Shown here: positions 36,801 through 46,628 of the stretch, in pieces | How the letters are laid out: each line of letters starts with the position of its first letter | How positions within the stretch are numbered: the first letter of the stretch is position 1 | Sequence record: PV796108.1 | DNA length: 64,000 nucleotides | Reading direction: 5' to 3' (one strand) | The notes under the pieces: generated by a model | Seen by the model: only the letters and a program-made list of their open reading frames with translations | Told to the model about the DNA's origin: nothing | Database searches by the model: none | Position numbers and translations under genes: made by a program

Positions 36801-37736
36801 ATGCCGACAACATCTCAAATCATTTCTTTTGCTTTGCAACAAAAAGGAAAGCCTTACGTATTTAATACTGCGGGTCCAAACACATTTGACTGTAGTGGGT
36901 TTATTCATTATGTGCTGAAAAGCTGTGGAATCCCAAACACTCGTACAAGTGTAGAAGGGTATTGGAATCAGTCAACTTTATTCGATAAAGTATCTTATCC
37001 AACACCAGGACATTTAGTGTTCTTCCAAAACACTTACAAACCAGGTCCATCTCACATGGGTATCCTTATCAATGAGAATGAGTTCATTCATGCTTCTGAT
37101 GAAACAACAGGTGTTATCGTTTCAAAAGTAAATAGCACGTATTGGAACAAGTATTTCTTAGGTTACGGTACATTAAAGAACGTAACTTCTGATAATACTA
37201 GATTCATTGATATGCCTAAATCTCATTGGGCTTATACAGCTGTTGAGTATTTAGCAGAACGAGGACTTATGAATGGTTATGGCAATGGATACTTCGGAAC
37301 TGGCGACGGTATCACTCGTGAGCAATTAGCTTCTGTTGTATACCGAATCGTTCAACCAGAGGACTCAGGCTACAATCCATTCAATGATATTGACAACAGT
37401 AGTTTTCAACCAGCGATCCGTGCGCTTGCGAAATTAGGAGTCTTTACTCCTGATGAATATGGACGTTTTAATCCATATCGTGTTGCAACTCGTGCAGAAG
37501 TAGCTATCGTAATTGCAAAATCCTTTGGCTTCAAAGTAAAAGCAAACTATGAGTTTATTGACATGGCAGGTCATTGGGCAAATGAATCTGTAAAAGCATT
37601 ATATAGTAACGGAATCGTAACTGGTTCTGGTGACCGTATGTTCCGTCCAGGTGACGTAGCAGCTCGTGAACAAGTTGCTGTAATGTTATACAAAGCGATT
37701 CACGTTGACCCGAATTTCTATCCACAACCAATTTAG
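36801..37736 (+). CDS. NlpC/P60 cell-wall peptidase with C-terminal SLH domains
   Basis: FDCSGF, SHMGI, FIHAS; SLH motifs FIDMPKSHWA, ITREQLA, ATRAEVA, AAREQVA. Confidence 0.92.
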   Translation: MPTTSQIISFALQQKGKPYVFNTAGPNTFDCSGFIHYVLKSCGIPNTRTSVEGYWNQSTLFDKVSYPTPGHLVFFQNTYKPGPSHMGILINENEFIHASDETTGVIVSKVNSTYWNKYFLGYGTLKNVTSDNTRFIDMPKSHWAYTAVEYLAERGLMNGYGNGYFGTGDGITREQLASVVYRIVQPEDSGYNPFNDIDNSSFQPAIRALAKLGVFTPDEYGRFNPYRVATRAEVAIVIAKSFGFKVKANYEFIDMAGHWANESVKALYSNGIVTGSGDRMFRPGDVAAREQVAVMLYKAIHVDPNFYPQPI

Positions 37737-37745
37737 TAACAAACT

Positions 37746-37775
37746 TGTCCTGAGCATGACGCTATAAACTGCTCA
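37746..37775 (+). other. compact H-type pseudoknot motif
   Basis: TGTC/GACG stem; loop TGAGCA pairs with downstream TGCTCA. Confidence 0.45.
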
Positions 37776-37843
37776 ACTTGCATCCTAGATACTACATGAA
37801 TGGCTTCATAAAATTGAGATTCCTAAAGGGAGGAAGAAAGTTT

Positions 37844-38323
37844 ATGAAAAAATTAACGACAGTAGCATTAGCAGGAGCATTAGCATTAGGTGGTTTAGCA
37901 GGAGTTGCAGCATTTGATGCAAAACCAGCGGCAGCGGCTGAGAAAGCAGTACAGTACGCAAACCCATCGGATTCTTGGGGAATCGACAATACATCAATCT
38001 TACATCAGTTTATTCCAGATTTACCAGCTGAGTATAAAGAAAACCTGATGCATAGCTACAAAACGGGTAATTATTTTACAATCATTGGCGCATATTCAGC
38101 TTCATTAGGACCTGCTGACCAAGTGAAAATTTTCCGTGTAGCAGACGATGGTAGTGGCGATCTTTCTCGTTACAAAACGATTGATTGGAAGTACGTGTCT
38201 GAACTTGGTAAGGTAGTTTGGGATACTCAAATTACAGACAACTACCAACCAGGTCAATATGTAGCTGTTGCTTATTTATATGGTCAACATTACAAAACTG
38301 GTTTCTTCACTATCAACAAGTAA
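37844..38323 (+). CDS. secreted protein (Bacillus cereus-group DUF-like)
   Basis: signal peptide MKKLTTVALAGALALGG...AAA; RBS GGGAGG; own terminator. Confidence 0.75.
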   Translation: MKKLTTVALAGALALGGLAGVAAFDAKPAAAAEKAVQYANPSDSWGIDNTSILHQFIPDLPAEYKENLMHSYKTGNYFTIIGAYSASLGPADQVKIFRVADDGSGDLSRYKTIDWKYVSELGKVVWDTQITDNYQPGQYVAVAYLYGQHYKTGFFTINK

Positions 38324-38333
38324 AATGTTAAAA

Positions 38334-38364
38334 AAGAGCAGGAGCTTCGGTTCCTGTTTTTTAT
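38334..38364 (+). terminator. intrinsic terminator
   Basis: GCAGGAGC-ttcg-GTTCCTGT plus T tract. Confidence 0.75.
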
Positions 38365-38395
38365 TTTGCATTTTATAATAGAAAGGAGTGATATA

Positions 38396-38719
38396 ATGAG
38401 AGAGCCAGTTATTAAATACAAAGGGCAAATAATTAAACCTGTAGCTATTGTTTTTAGAAGAAGTGGTAGTAAAGGTGATAGATATATTGCATTGGTTCAT
38501 ACACCAGGACAATATTATCATCCTGTCACGATAGAGAGGATTCTTAGAGATAAGGTTACACCAGAAATCATATATGAATCACCAAAGTATATGAGGATAC
38601 TCTCGCACGATTTAGAGAAGAATTACAGTTGGTATCAAATAAGAAAAGAAGATATCATAATCCATAATGATTCGAATGGAGATGCCTTCCAGTATTTAAA
38701 GCAAGAAGAGGTGATATGA
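38396..38719 (+). CDS. S..Y..L...DL..N..W family protein, C-terminal tag
   Basis: YESPKYMRILSHDLEKNYSW; ends DSNGDAFQYLKQEEVI. Confidence 0.75.
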   Translation: MREPVIKYKGQIIKPVAIVFRRSGSKGDRYIALVHTPGQYYHPVTIERILRDKVTPEIIYESPKYMRILSHDLEKNYSWYQIRKEDIIIHNDSNGDAFQYLKQEEVI

Positions 38720-39093
38720 TGAAGAAAGCATTTGCTCTTATTCCAGGTGAGCTTCCAGAAGAAGAACTATATGGAGATGAAAAATGTGATTACGAGGATT
38801 ATCAAAATCCAATAAGAAAAGAAGTATTAGCTATTGCTACTCGTTTTGACGAAAGGCTAGTTGGATTACATAGACATGAAGGTGCGAGTTACTGGCCCAT
38901 GACTCTTAAAGAATTTGAAGCTGATGATGATGATTACATAGAAGTTTTTGTATCGGAACAGTATCATCAACTAAGTACCGAAGATTTACGAGAAAATTAT
39001 GTATGGTCTACGGTTATAAATGATGACTATGAAATACGTGACGGATTAAACAATGATAATGTTGTGAATATGAAAGGAGAGATTGAGATATGA
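38716..39093 (+). CDS. S..Y..L...DL..N..W family protein, C-terminal tag
   Basis: FVSEQYHQLSTEDLRENYVW; ends NNDNVVNMKGEIEI. Confidence 0.75.
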   Translation: MMKKAFALIPGELPEEELYGDEKCDYEDYQNPIRKEVLAIATRFDERLVGLHRHEGASYWPMTLKEFEADDDDYIEVFVSEQYHQLSTEDLRENYVWSTVINDDYEIRDGLNNDNVVNMKGEIEI

Positions 39094-39416
39094 AACGAGC
39101 ATTTGCCACAACAAGAGAAATGAGGGGTAGAGGCCCAGAAGTAGAAGCATTAGCTATTATGCTGCGTAGAGATGGTAGAACAATCGTCTTGCACAGAGAT
39201 GACAGAGGCGGACATCCTAAACGAGTTGAGGATATTGAGAACGCAGATTACGGTAGAGGGAAAACAATATTTGTATCCGATAAATATTATGACCTCAAGA
39301 GAGAAGACTTACGTTATAACCATAGATGGTCAGATGTATATCAAGAAGAATTTAGAATAGAAGCTGATAGCAATATCACTGCTTTCACATCTATGAAAGG
39401 AGAAGAGGTCTTATGA
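39090..39416 (+). CDS. S..Y..L...DL..N..W family protein, C-terminal tag
   Basis: FVSDKYYDLKREDLRYNHRW; ends DSNITAFTSMKGEEVL. Confidence 0.75.
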   Translation: MKRAFATTREMRGRGPEVEALAIMLRRDGRTIVLHRDDRGGHPKRVEDIENADYGRGKTIFVSDKYYDLKREDLRYNHRWSDVYQEEFRIEADSNITAFTSMKGEEVL

Positions 39417-39739
39417 CAAAAGCATTTGCACATGTAAAAACAGGTAATAGAGTAGTAGAAGTTGAAGCAATCGCAATTGTTGTTCGTAAAGGCGGTAGGA
39501 TGATTGCTTTATATCATTCTCAAGGATGTGGGTTTCATCCACTTAGTCTTGCAGGTATGATGCGAGATGATGATGGTGAAATGGAAATCATATATAGGTC
39601 TCCAAATTATGACAAGTTAAGTAAAAGGGATTTTAGAGACAACTACATATGGAAACTCATACAGGATGGTAACTATAGAATAGAACAACCAAATAATTTA
39701 GAGGCTGTTTCTACTATGAAAGGTGAGTTACTAATATGA
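39413..39739 (+). CDS. S..Y..L...DL..N..W family protein, C-terminal tag
   Basis: YRSPNYDKLSKRDFRDNYIW; ends NNLEAVSTMKGELLI. Confidence 0.75.
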   Translation: MTKAFAHVKTGNRVVEVEAIAIVVRKGGRMIALYHSQGCGFHPLSLAGMMRDDDGEMEIIYRSPNYDKLSKRDFRDNYIWKLIQDGNYRIEQPNNLEAVSTMKGELLI

Positions 39740-40044
39740 AAACTGTATGTTTTGAACATGGAACAGAATATGATGCACATGCTATTATTCAAGCAGGTAA
39801 TATTGTGTATCTATTAGTAACAAGAGAGGGCGCTAACATGTCCCCTATGACACCTTTTGATTTACAATGTCATGTTAACGGTAAAATTGAATATATTTCT
39901 CCTGAATTAAAAAGAAGGAGGCTCCATAAACATGGTACAAGATTTAATGGTGAAGACTTCTACTGGATAAACACAGGTGCAAAATGGTCTTACAAAAATA
40001 ACAATAACACCATAACTTCATTAAAGAACGAAATACCGCTATGA
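39736..40044 (+). CDS. YE(A/V)YAI family protein, C-terminal tag
   Basis: YDAHAII; ends NNNNTITSLKNEIPL. Confidence 0.75.
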   Translation: MKTVCFEHGTEYDAHAIIQAGNIVYLLVTREGANMSPMTPFDLQCHVNGKIEYISPELKRRRLHKHGTRFNGEDFYWINTGAKWSYKNNNNTITSLKNEIPL

Positions 40045-40343
40045 GACCTGTATATCTTTCAACATTCGAAGAAGTATATGAAGCATATGCAATTGTAAAG
40101 GAAGGTAATAACACTGATGTTCTTATTAAAAGTATTGATGAAGGCAATGTAGCTACAAACCCGTACCATGTAGCACAATTCTTTGAGGGAGAAGTTATTT
40201 ATATAGATGAATCACTTAAAAGATTTGATGGGACTAGGGCGGTTTGTATTGGCTACACATGGATAGAGGAAGAAGATCATTGGCGTTATGTAGATATTAA
40301 CTCAGGTGCAGCACTTAATATGAAAGAAGAATTACCATATTAA
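40041..40343 (+). CDS. YE(A/V)YAI family protein, C-terminal tag
   Basis: YEAYAIV; ends INSGAALNMKEELPY. Confidence 0.75.
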   Translation: MRPVYLSTFEEVYEAYAIVKEGNNTDVLIKSIDEGNVATNPYHVAQFFEGEVIYIDESLKRFDGTRAVCIGYTWIEEEDHWRYVDINSGAALNMKEELPY

Positions 40344-40364
40344 AAAGGGAGGTATTCGCCTCCC

Positions 40365-40688
40365 CTACTTTTCTAATTTATATGTAATTACTTCACCTGG
40401 TTCTTCTTTACGATTCCAACCCGCCCAACGTCTACTTCCACCTGAACCTTTCTTCTTCATATTTCTACCACCTGTTATATTAGGAGATAGAACTTCTTTA
40501 AATACTGGAGCTTTCTTTCCTGCTTCCTCTTTCGCTTTACGTTCTGCTCTTAGTTGAGCTAACTTTTCTTGCTTATACATCTTCTTTATTTCTTTCTTAT
40601 TTTTACCATGTTCTTTACGATTCTTTTCTTTCCTTCTTTTCCTTTCTTCTTCCTCCATCATCTTGAGTAATGCATCTTTATTCTTCAT
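40365..40688 (-). CDS. Lys/Glu-rich basic protein, only convincing minus-strand gene
   Basis: 107 aa, RBS AAGGGG, convergent with 40343 across a GGGAGG...CCTCCC hairpin. Confidence 0.7.
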   Translation of the reverse strand: MKNKDALLKMMEEEERKRRKEKNRKEHGKNKKEIKKMYKQEKLAQLRAERKAKEEAGKKAPVFKEVLSPNITGGRNMKKKGSGGSRRWAGWNRKEEPGEVITYKLEK

Positions 40689-40699
40689 GTCACTTAACC

Positions 40700-41245
40700 C
40701 CCTTATTGCTATGTGCTATTGTATCCTAAAAACATACCCGATGGGTAGAGAATGTTACTATAAGTAAGCAGACGTATCCCATCGAGTAAGTCTACTTTTA
40801 GCAGTATAGTCAGTGATGTTTACAAGTAGGGACATATGACTCATACCACACCGTTCATAATCATACCTCTATATCCACCACAAATATACAGATATAAATA
40901 CGAACGCACAAAGCACCTTCATTATAACACCGATAAATCGGAACAATCTTTCTACAAGCACATCGCTAGTCTACCTTGCTTGCTAATCTGATTGTCTACC
41001 CTGAGCAAACGTTACTAAGCTCATAGCGACCCACCCCCTGATACGTCTTTTATTGGTTAATTCCAAAAGGCATTGCAACAGGATTGCTTCCTTTATAGTC
41101 ACGTACACATATGAAGGTAAAGTGTTTACACGCAACTACCAGATTCCTTTGGATTTCATCCATACGATGGCTCTGGTAAACCTGTCAAGTTTAACGTGTT
41201 AGTTGGTAATTCCACGCCAGTACAGTGGCATTAATCGTACTGGAT
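40700..41245. ncRNA. ORF-free structured region, candidate ncRNA or long leader of the minus-strand gene
   Basis: about 600 nt without ORF; stems 41217-41243, 41137-41178, 40739-40784. Confidence 0.35.
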
Positions 41246-41353
41246 TATATTCAGTTGTTATATGTAAAAACAAAGTGGTTTGTTTAGCACTACTTATTGT
41301 ATATCGTTTTTTCTTGTATTACAATACCTTTTATGAAAGGAGTGGAAATAAAA

Positions 41354-41719
41354 ATGATTAAACTTTTATCACCTATAGGTACAGAAGTAGAAGTGATATG
41401 TGTCACATCAGAAGTACATAAAGTACGAGAAAATGTACCTATGCGGGAAAAAGGAGTGATGGTTCGAAGAGAAATAGAAAGAGAGTATAAGATATTCAAA
41501 GCTCTTGTAAAAGGATATGGCGGCGGTTGTCACCCGTATTTAGTAAAAGACGATATAAAAGTTGAGTATGCATCCGACAAGTTGGATTCATTATCCTTGA
41601 TACATATAAAAAACAACTATGAATGGATGAATTTCCGCACAACCAATCCATTAAAGTTCATGAAGCAGAATAAGAACAACATTAAAGATTGGAAGCAGGA
41701 AGAAGAAATCTTATATTGA
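41354..41719 (+). CDS. hypothetical protein, C-terminal tag
   Basis: RBS AAAGGAG; ends NKNNIKDWKQEEEILY. Confidence 0.7.
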   Translation: MIKLLSPIGTEVEVICVTSEVHKVRENVPMREKGVMVRREIEREYKIFKALVKGYGGGCHPYLVKDDIKVEYASDKLDSLSLIHIKNNYEWMNFRTTNPLKFMKQNKNNIKDWKQEEEILY

Positions 41720-41732
41720 AAGGAGAGATGAA

Positions 41733-42059
41733 ATGATAAGAATACAACGAGATTCTGGAATTATACGTGAAGTATATGGGGTAGTAAGAACAAAGGGTTC
41801 TATGCCAGCTTATGCAACTTTAGAAAAGAAACGAAATGGCGACGTTGGGACAGCCTCTTCATTTGAAAAAGTTAAGTTGCTCGGCGATGAAATCCTATAC
41901 AGGGATGATTCGTTACAAGCAAATGAAGAAGATGGATATGATGGATTCATATGGTATTTCTCTTCTATTGATACAAATCCAATGGATATAGTAATACCTG
42001 ATACCAATGGTTTAACAACAAGATTTATGAAACAAGAAGTAACTTCTGAATTGGAGTGA
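41733..42059 (+). CDS. YE(A/V)YAI-like family protein, C-terminal tag
   Basis: REVYGVV; ends TNGLTTRFMKQEVTSELE. Confidence 0.7.
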   Translation: MIRIQRDSGIIREVYGVVRTKGSMPAYATLEKKRNGDVGTASSFEKVKLLGDEILYRDDSLQANEEDGYDGFIWYFSSIDTNPMDIVIPDTNGLTTRFMKQEVTSELE

Positions 42060-42063
42060 TAAT

Positions 42064-42363
42064 ATGAAAAGAATATATGAGCCTGATACAAAGAAAATCA
42101 TAGATATATTTGGCGTTATATTGTCACCTTATGGTATATATATGGTTTTAATAAAAGAAGATTCAGGTGGTGCATGTACTTTTTCTGAAGCAGTAGAGAT
42201 AGGTGCGACTCTTATATATGAAGATGAGTTTCTATCTTCGCACCAACATCACATAGAAAAGTATTATTATTGGAAAGGTTATGGAAAAGATAACCCAATG
42301 GAAAAACTGATTGAAAACAATGAATCAGGTGCTTGCGGATTAAAAAAAGAAGCACCATTATAA
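42064..42363 (+). CDS. YE(A/V)YAI-like family protein, C-terminal tag
   Basis: DIFGVIL; ends ENNESGACGLKKEAPL. Confidence 0.7.
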   Translation: MKRIYEPDTKKIIDIFGVILSPYGIYMVLIKEDSGGACTFSEAVEIGATLIYEDEFLSSHQHHIEKYYYWKGYGKDNPMEKLIENNESGACGLKKEAPL

Positions 42364-42516
42364 GTGTACTACTTAAAAGAAGAAAGTTTTCATGTCTGTT
42401 AGGACAAAAGAAATTGACAAAAAAGTGCTCTTCTACTCTATTGACTGAAAAAAATTAATAGGTTGTGCTAGATGGTAGCCCCCGTATTTGGTATGCTTAT
42501 GAAAGGGGGTGAGAAC

Positions 42517-42900
42517 ATGGAAATCCTGTACTATTCACAGACAGGTAATGTTCGCCGTTTTATCGAAAAACTCCAAACAGAGATTCAAATGGATTGTACA
42601 TCCATTATAGATAAGTCTACAACAAAGGAAGAATACATATTGATAACACCAACTACAGGATTTGGACAAGTTCCAGACCCTGTTGCTGTATTTCTACAAG
42701 AAAATCATATGTATTTAAAGGGAGTTATAGGTAGCGGTAATATGAACTGGGGCGAGAACTATTGCGGCGCAGCTCGAACTGTCAGTACAACCTATGGTGT
42801 GCCGTTAATTCATACATTTGAGTTGCATGGTACTCCTAACGATTTAAAATTAGTCAAGGGAAGGGTGGAAGAAATTGAATCATCTAGAATTAAACAATGA
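42517..42900 (+). CDS. nrdI: flavodoxin NrdI
   Basis: YYSQTGNVRRF, LITPTTGFGQVP, GSGNMNWG. Confidence 0.93.
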   Translation: MEILYYSQTGNVRRFIEKLQTEIQMDCTSIIDKSTTKEEYILITPTTGFGQVPDPVAVFLQENHMYLKGVIGSGNMNWGENYCGAARTVSTTYGVPLIHTFELHGTPNDLKLVKGRVEEIESSRIKQ

Positions 42901-44971
42901 AGTAGTTACTACAGAAAAAGAAGGCTTCTACAACCTGGAAAAGGATATAGAAGCACGAGATGAGTTATTAAAAGAGATTGAACAGAAAACAAAAAAGTTT
43001 TCATCTGAGCAAAAGCGTTACGAATATTTAATTCGCTATCGCTACTACAAGGATATACGAGATTTATATACTTGGCAACAGATTGAGGAAATCCACCAGT
43101 ATTTGTATTCTTTTGGTTTTGAATTCCAGTCTTACATGGCAACTTCAAAGTTCTTTAAAGATTACGTACTACGCACAAATGATAAGAAACAATACCTTGA
43201 GAACTATGAACAGCACGTAGCAATCGTAGCTCTTACATTAGCTAAAGGTAGCTTCTTTAAAGCATTAGAGTATGCAAAGGTAATGGTTCAACAGGACTAT
43301 CAACCAGCAACGCCTACTTTCTTGAACACAGGAAGAGAACGTGGCGGAGAACAAATCTCTTGTTTCTTATTATCATGTGGAGATAGCTTAAATGATATCA
43401 ATCATATGTTATCAACAGCATTCCAATTATCTAAGATTGGTGGCGGTGTTGCCATCGACTTAACAAACCTTCGTGCAAGGGGAGAAGTTATTAAAGAGAT
43501 CGAGAACGCAGCAAGTGGCGTTGTACCTGTTATGAAACTATTAGAAGATGGTTTCGCTTATGTAAATCAGCTAGGACAACGTGCTGGTGCTTGTGCAGTT
43601 TACTTGAATATCTTCCATTGGGATGTAGAAGAATTTCTAGCAACAAAACGTATTGCTGGTGATGAGAAATCTCGTTTACAAACTCTTTCTATTGGTTTAA
43701 TTGCAGACGATATCTTCTTCCGATTAGCAAAAGAAAATAAAGACATGTATGTGTTTGCTCCTTATACAGTTGAAAAAGAATATGGTGTTCCATTCTCAAG
43801 CATTGATATGGATAAAATGTACGATGAACTAGTAGCAAATCCTAATATCAAGAAACGTAAGCTTGAATTATCAGCTCGTGAAATGTTAGTTAAGATTGCA
43901 ACAGTACAATTAGAATCAGGCTACCCATACTTTATGTATAAAACGAATGCAAACGAAGGACATGCTCTGAAACATATTGGCCCAGTAAAAATGAGTAATT
44001 TATGTACAGAAATCTTCCAAGCTCAAACAGATTCTTCTATTGATAACTATGGTGGAAAAGATGAGATTGGTTATGATGTTAACTGTACACTAGGCTCTCT
44101 TAATATTGTTAACGTAATGGAAAATAAATCTTTCCAGAATGCAGTACACAATGCAATTGAAATGCTTTCAACTATCTCAGAAGATGCGGACATCTCGAAC
44201 GCACCATCAGTTCAAAAAGCAAAAGACGACCTACATGCAGTTGGTCTAGGCGCAATGAACTTACATGGATTCTTAGCTAAGAATAAAATTCATTATGAAT
44301 CAGAAGAAGCAATTGATTTTGTGTCTACATTCTTTATGATGCTAAACTACTATTCTCTTGAAAAGAGTATGGAGATAGCGAAAGAGAAGGGGGCTTTCCG
44401 TGGCTTTGGTGGAAGCGATTATGGAACTGGTGTTTACTTTGATAGATATCTGTCTAACTCTTATGAGCCGAAAACGGAAAAAGTAAAAGCACTGTTTGAA
44501 GGTGTTGAAGTTCCTGGTATTGATGAGTGGATTCAATTAAAAGCACAGGTTATGGAGCATGGATTATACAATGCTTACAGACTAGCAGTGGCTCCTACGC
44601 AAAGTATTTCATATGTACAGAATGCTACATCAAGCATTATGCCTATCGTAAATGTAATTGAGCAACGTACGTATGCAAATGCAACGACAGTATATCCAAT
44701 GCCTTTCTTGAATAAAGAAACTTATTGGTATTATAAGTCTGCTTACGATATGGACATGATGAAATTGATTGACTTGGTTGCGGCAGCACAAGAACACGTT
44801 GACCAAGGCATTAGCTGTACTTTATATGTAAACTCTGATATTCCAACAAATACACTTGGTCGTTATTATGCATATGCGAATAAGAAGGGCTTGAAGTCAC
44901 TCTATTACACTCGTATTAAGAAACAAAGTGTTGAAGATGGCTCGTTAGAATGTATTTCTTGTAGCGTATGA
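42875..44971 (+). CDS. nrdE: class Ib ribonucleotide reductase alpha
   Basis: QPATPTFLN, ISCFLL, NQLGQRAGA, SNLCTE, CTLGSLN, AVAPT, KSLYYTR, C-terminal CISCSV; no intron or intein seen. Confidence 0.97.
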   Translation: MNHLELNNEVVTTEKEGFYNLEKDIEARDELLKEIEQKTKKFSSEQKRYEYLIRYRYYKDIRDLYTWQQIEEIHQYLYSFGFEFQSYMATSKFFKDYVLRTNDKKQYLENYEQHVAIVALTLAKGSFFKALEYAKVMVQQDYQPATPTFLNTGRERGGEQISCFLLSCGDSLNDINHMLSTAFQLSKIGGGVAIDLTNLRARGEVIKEIENAASGVVPVMKLLEDGFAYVNQLGQRAGACAVYLNIFHWDVEEFLATKRIAGDEKSRLQTLSIGLIADDIFFRLAKENKDMYVFAPYTVEKEYGVPFSSIDMDKMYDELVANPNIKKRKLELSAREMLVKIATVQLESGYPYFMYKTNANEGHALKHIGPVKMSNLCTEIFQAQTDSSIDNYGGKDEIGYDVNCTLGSLNIVNVMENKSFQNAVHNAIEMLSTISEDADISNAPSVQKAKDDLHAVGLGAMNLHGFLAKNKIHYESEEAIDFVSTFFMMLNYYSLEKSMEIAKEKGAFRGFGGSDYGTGVYFDRYLSNSYEPKTEKVKALFEGVEVPGIDEWIQLKAQVMEHGLYNAYRLAVAPTQSISYVQNATSSIMPIVNVIEQRTYANATTVYPMPFLNKETYWYYKSAYDMDMMKLIDLVAAAQEHVDQGISCTLYVNSDIPTNTLGRYYAYANKKGLKSLYYTRIKKQSVEDGSLECISCSV

Positions 44972-45027
44972 TGAAGGGTGTCCATACTATGGACGCCCCA
45001 CAATATAATAATGATGAGGTGGAAGCA

Positions 45028-45996
45028 ATGACAATCAAAGCGGTTAACTGGTTAAAGCAAGAAGATGGCTATTCAGCTACTTTCTATAAACAACAAAAAG
45101 AACAAATGTGGTTCGAGGATGAAATCCCTGTATCAGAAGACAAGAATAGATGGTTCGATATGACAGAAGACGAGAAGCGAGCATTTAAGCTAGCTCTTGG
45201 CGGTCTGACACTTCTTGATACACAACAAGGTGAAATGGGTATGCCTTTAATAGCTCTTCATACAGATGGTATGCAGAAGAAAAAAGTTATGAACTTATTC
45301 GCTATGATGGAAGATGTTCATAGTAAATCTTACTCTCATATCTTCCAGACTCTTTGTAAAGAAAAAGAGATTGATGAGATTTTTGATTGGATAGAAACAA
45401 ATGAATTACTTCAATATAAAGCTGGTCGTATTACAAATTATTACCGTAGCCTATTAAAGCCAGATGTAGCTAAACGTGATTTATACATGGCTATGGTAGC
45501 AAGTGTATGTTTGGAAACTTACTTATTCTATAGTGGTTTCTTCTTCCCGTTATACTTAAAGGGACAAGGACGTATGACTCGTTCTGGAGAAATCATCAAG
45601 TTGATTTGTAGGGACGAAGCAATTCACGGTTTGTTTGTTGGAACTGTAGCTCAAGAAGTATACAAAGAGTTATCAGTAGAAGAACAAAAAGCTTGTGATG
45701 AAGAAACAATGGAATTGATTCTTGACTTATACAATAACGAAGTTAAGTACACAGGTTTAGTTTATGATCCAATTGGGTTAACAGACCAAGTATTAGCTTA
45801 TGTTCGTTACAATGCTAACCGTGCATTACTTGTACTAGGCAAAGAAGCTTGGTTCCCTGAAGAAGATGTAAATCCAATTGTTTTAAATGGTATGAAAAAT
45901 ACTACTGACAATTATGATTTCTTTAGCCAGAAAGGAAACGCATACGTTAAGCCGACCAACATTGTTCCTATGACTGACGAAGACTTCGAGTTTTAA
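45028..45996 (+). CDS. nrdF: class Ib ribonucleotide reductase beta
   Basis: GLTLLDTQQ, MEDVHSKSYS, LETYLFYSGF, RDEAIHG, YDFFSQKGNAY; RBS GAGGTG before ATG 45028. Confidence 0.97.
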   Translation: MTIKAVNWLKQEDGYSATFYKQQKEQMWFEDEIPVSEDKNRWFDMTEDEKRAFKLALGGLTLLDTQQGEMGMPLIALHTDGMQKKKVMNLFAMMEDVHSKSYSHIFQTLCKEKEIDEIFDWIETNELLQYKAGRITNYYRSLLKPDVAKRDLYMAMVASVCLETYLFYSGFFFPLYLKGQGRMTRSGEIIKLICRDEAIHGLFVGTVAQEVYKELSVEEQKACDEETMELILDLYNNEVKYTGLVYDPIGLTDQVLAYVRYNANRALLVLGKEAWFPEEDVNPIVLNGMKNTTDNYDFFSQKGNAYVKPTNIVPMTDEDFEF

Positions 45997-46050
45997 TAAA
46001 GAGAATGAGGTGCTACTTCGGTAGTACCTCTTATTTTTGGGGAGAGTATT

Positions 46051-46287
46051 ATGCCAGCTTTTAAAACGATTTTGAGGGGAAATAACTTACTGGTTCTATT
46101 AAAAAGAGTACAGGAGTTAGAAGCAAAAGGATATGAGTGCGCTCATCCCATCCAGAGGCAAGAGAGGCACAAAGTTTATGCTGATGGATATGAACAATCA
46201 AAAAAGGCTTACACAAAACATGAGGATGTTTATTTCACTCGTTACTTTGTACAAATGATTAAGAAGGAAAAGGAAGGTGTATCCTAA
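46051..46287 (+). CDS. hypothetical protein
   Basis: 78 aa, RBS GGGGAG. Confidence 0.65.
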   Translation: MPAFKTILRGNNLLVLLKRVQELEAKGYECAHPIQRQERHKVYADGYEQSKKAYTKHEDVYFTRYFVQMIKKEKEGVS

Positions 46288-46628
46288 TGTATAACAAAGA
46301 TGTTAAACCGTTTCACCATATCTCAGCGTACCATGTTGTATATACGTTTATGGAATTAGCTTGGGATGAAGCAGAACCAAATGGTTATTTACGAGACATG
46401 TATCAAACTACGTTATTAGATTGGTATCATGATTTGAAAGATGAAGTAGCTATGTCTTCAGCTCATTCTGCTTTTGAAGATTTCTACAACAATAATGATG
46501 TGGAAAGAGATCAGTTGGATGAATTCAAATCACAATTAGAAATCTTATGTGATAAGATAATTAGGAATTGGAAACAACGAGATGAAGTTATCCAGTTTAT
46601 TATTGATGGATACAAGGAGGAGTATTGA
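46287..46628 (+). CDS. hypothetical protein
   Basis: TAATG coupling. Confidence 0.7.
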   Translation: MYNKDVKPFHHISAYHVVYTFMELAWDEAEPNGYLRDMYQTTLLDWYHDLKDEVAMSSAHSAFEDFYNNNDVERDQLDEFKSQLEILCDKIIRNWKQRDEVIQFIIDGYKEEY

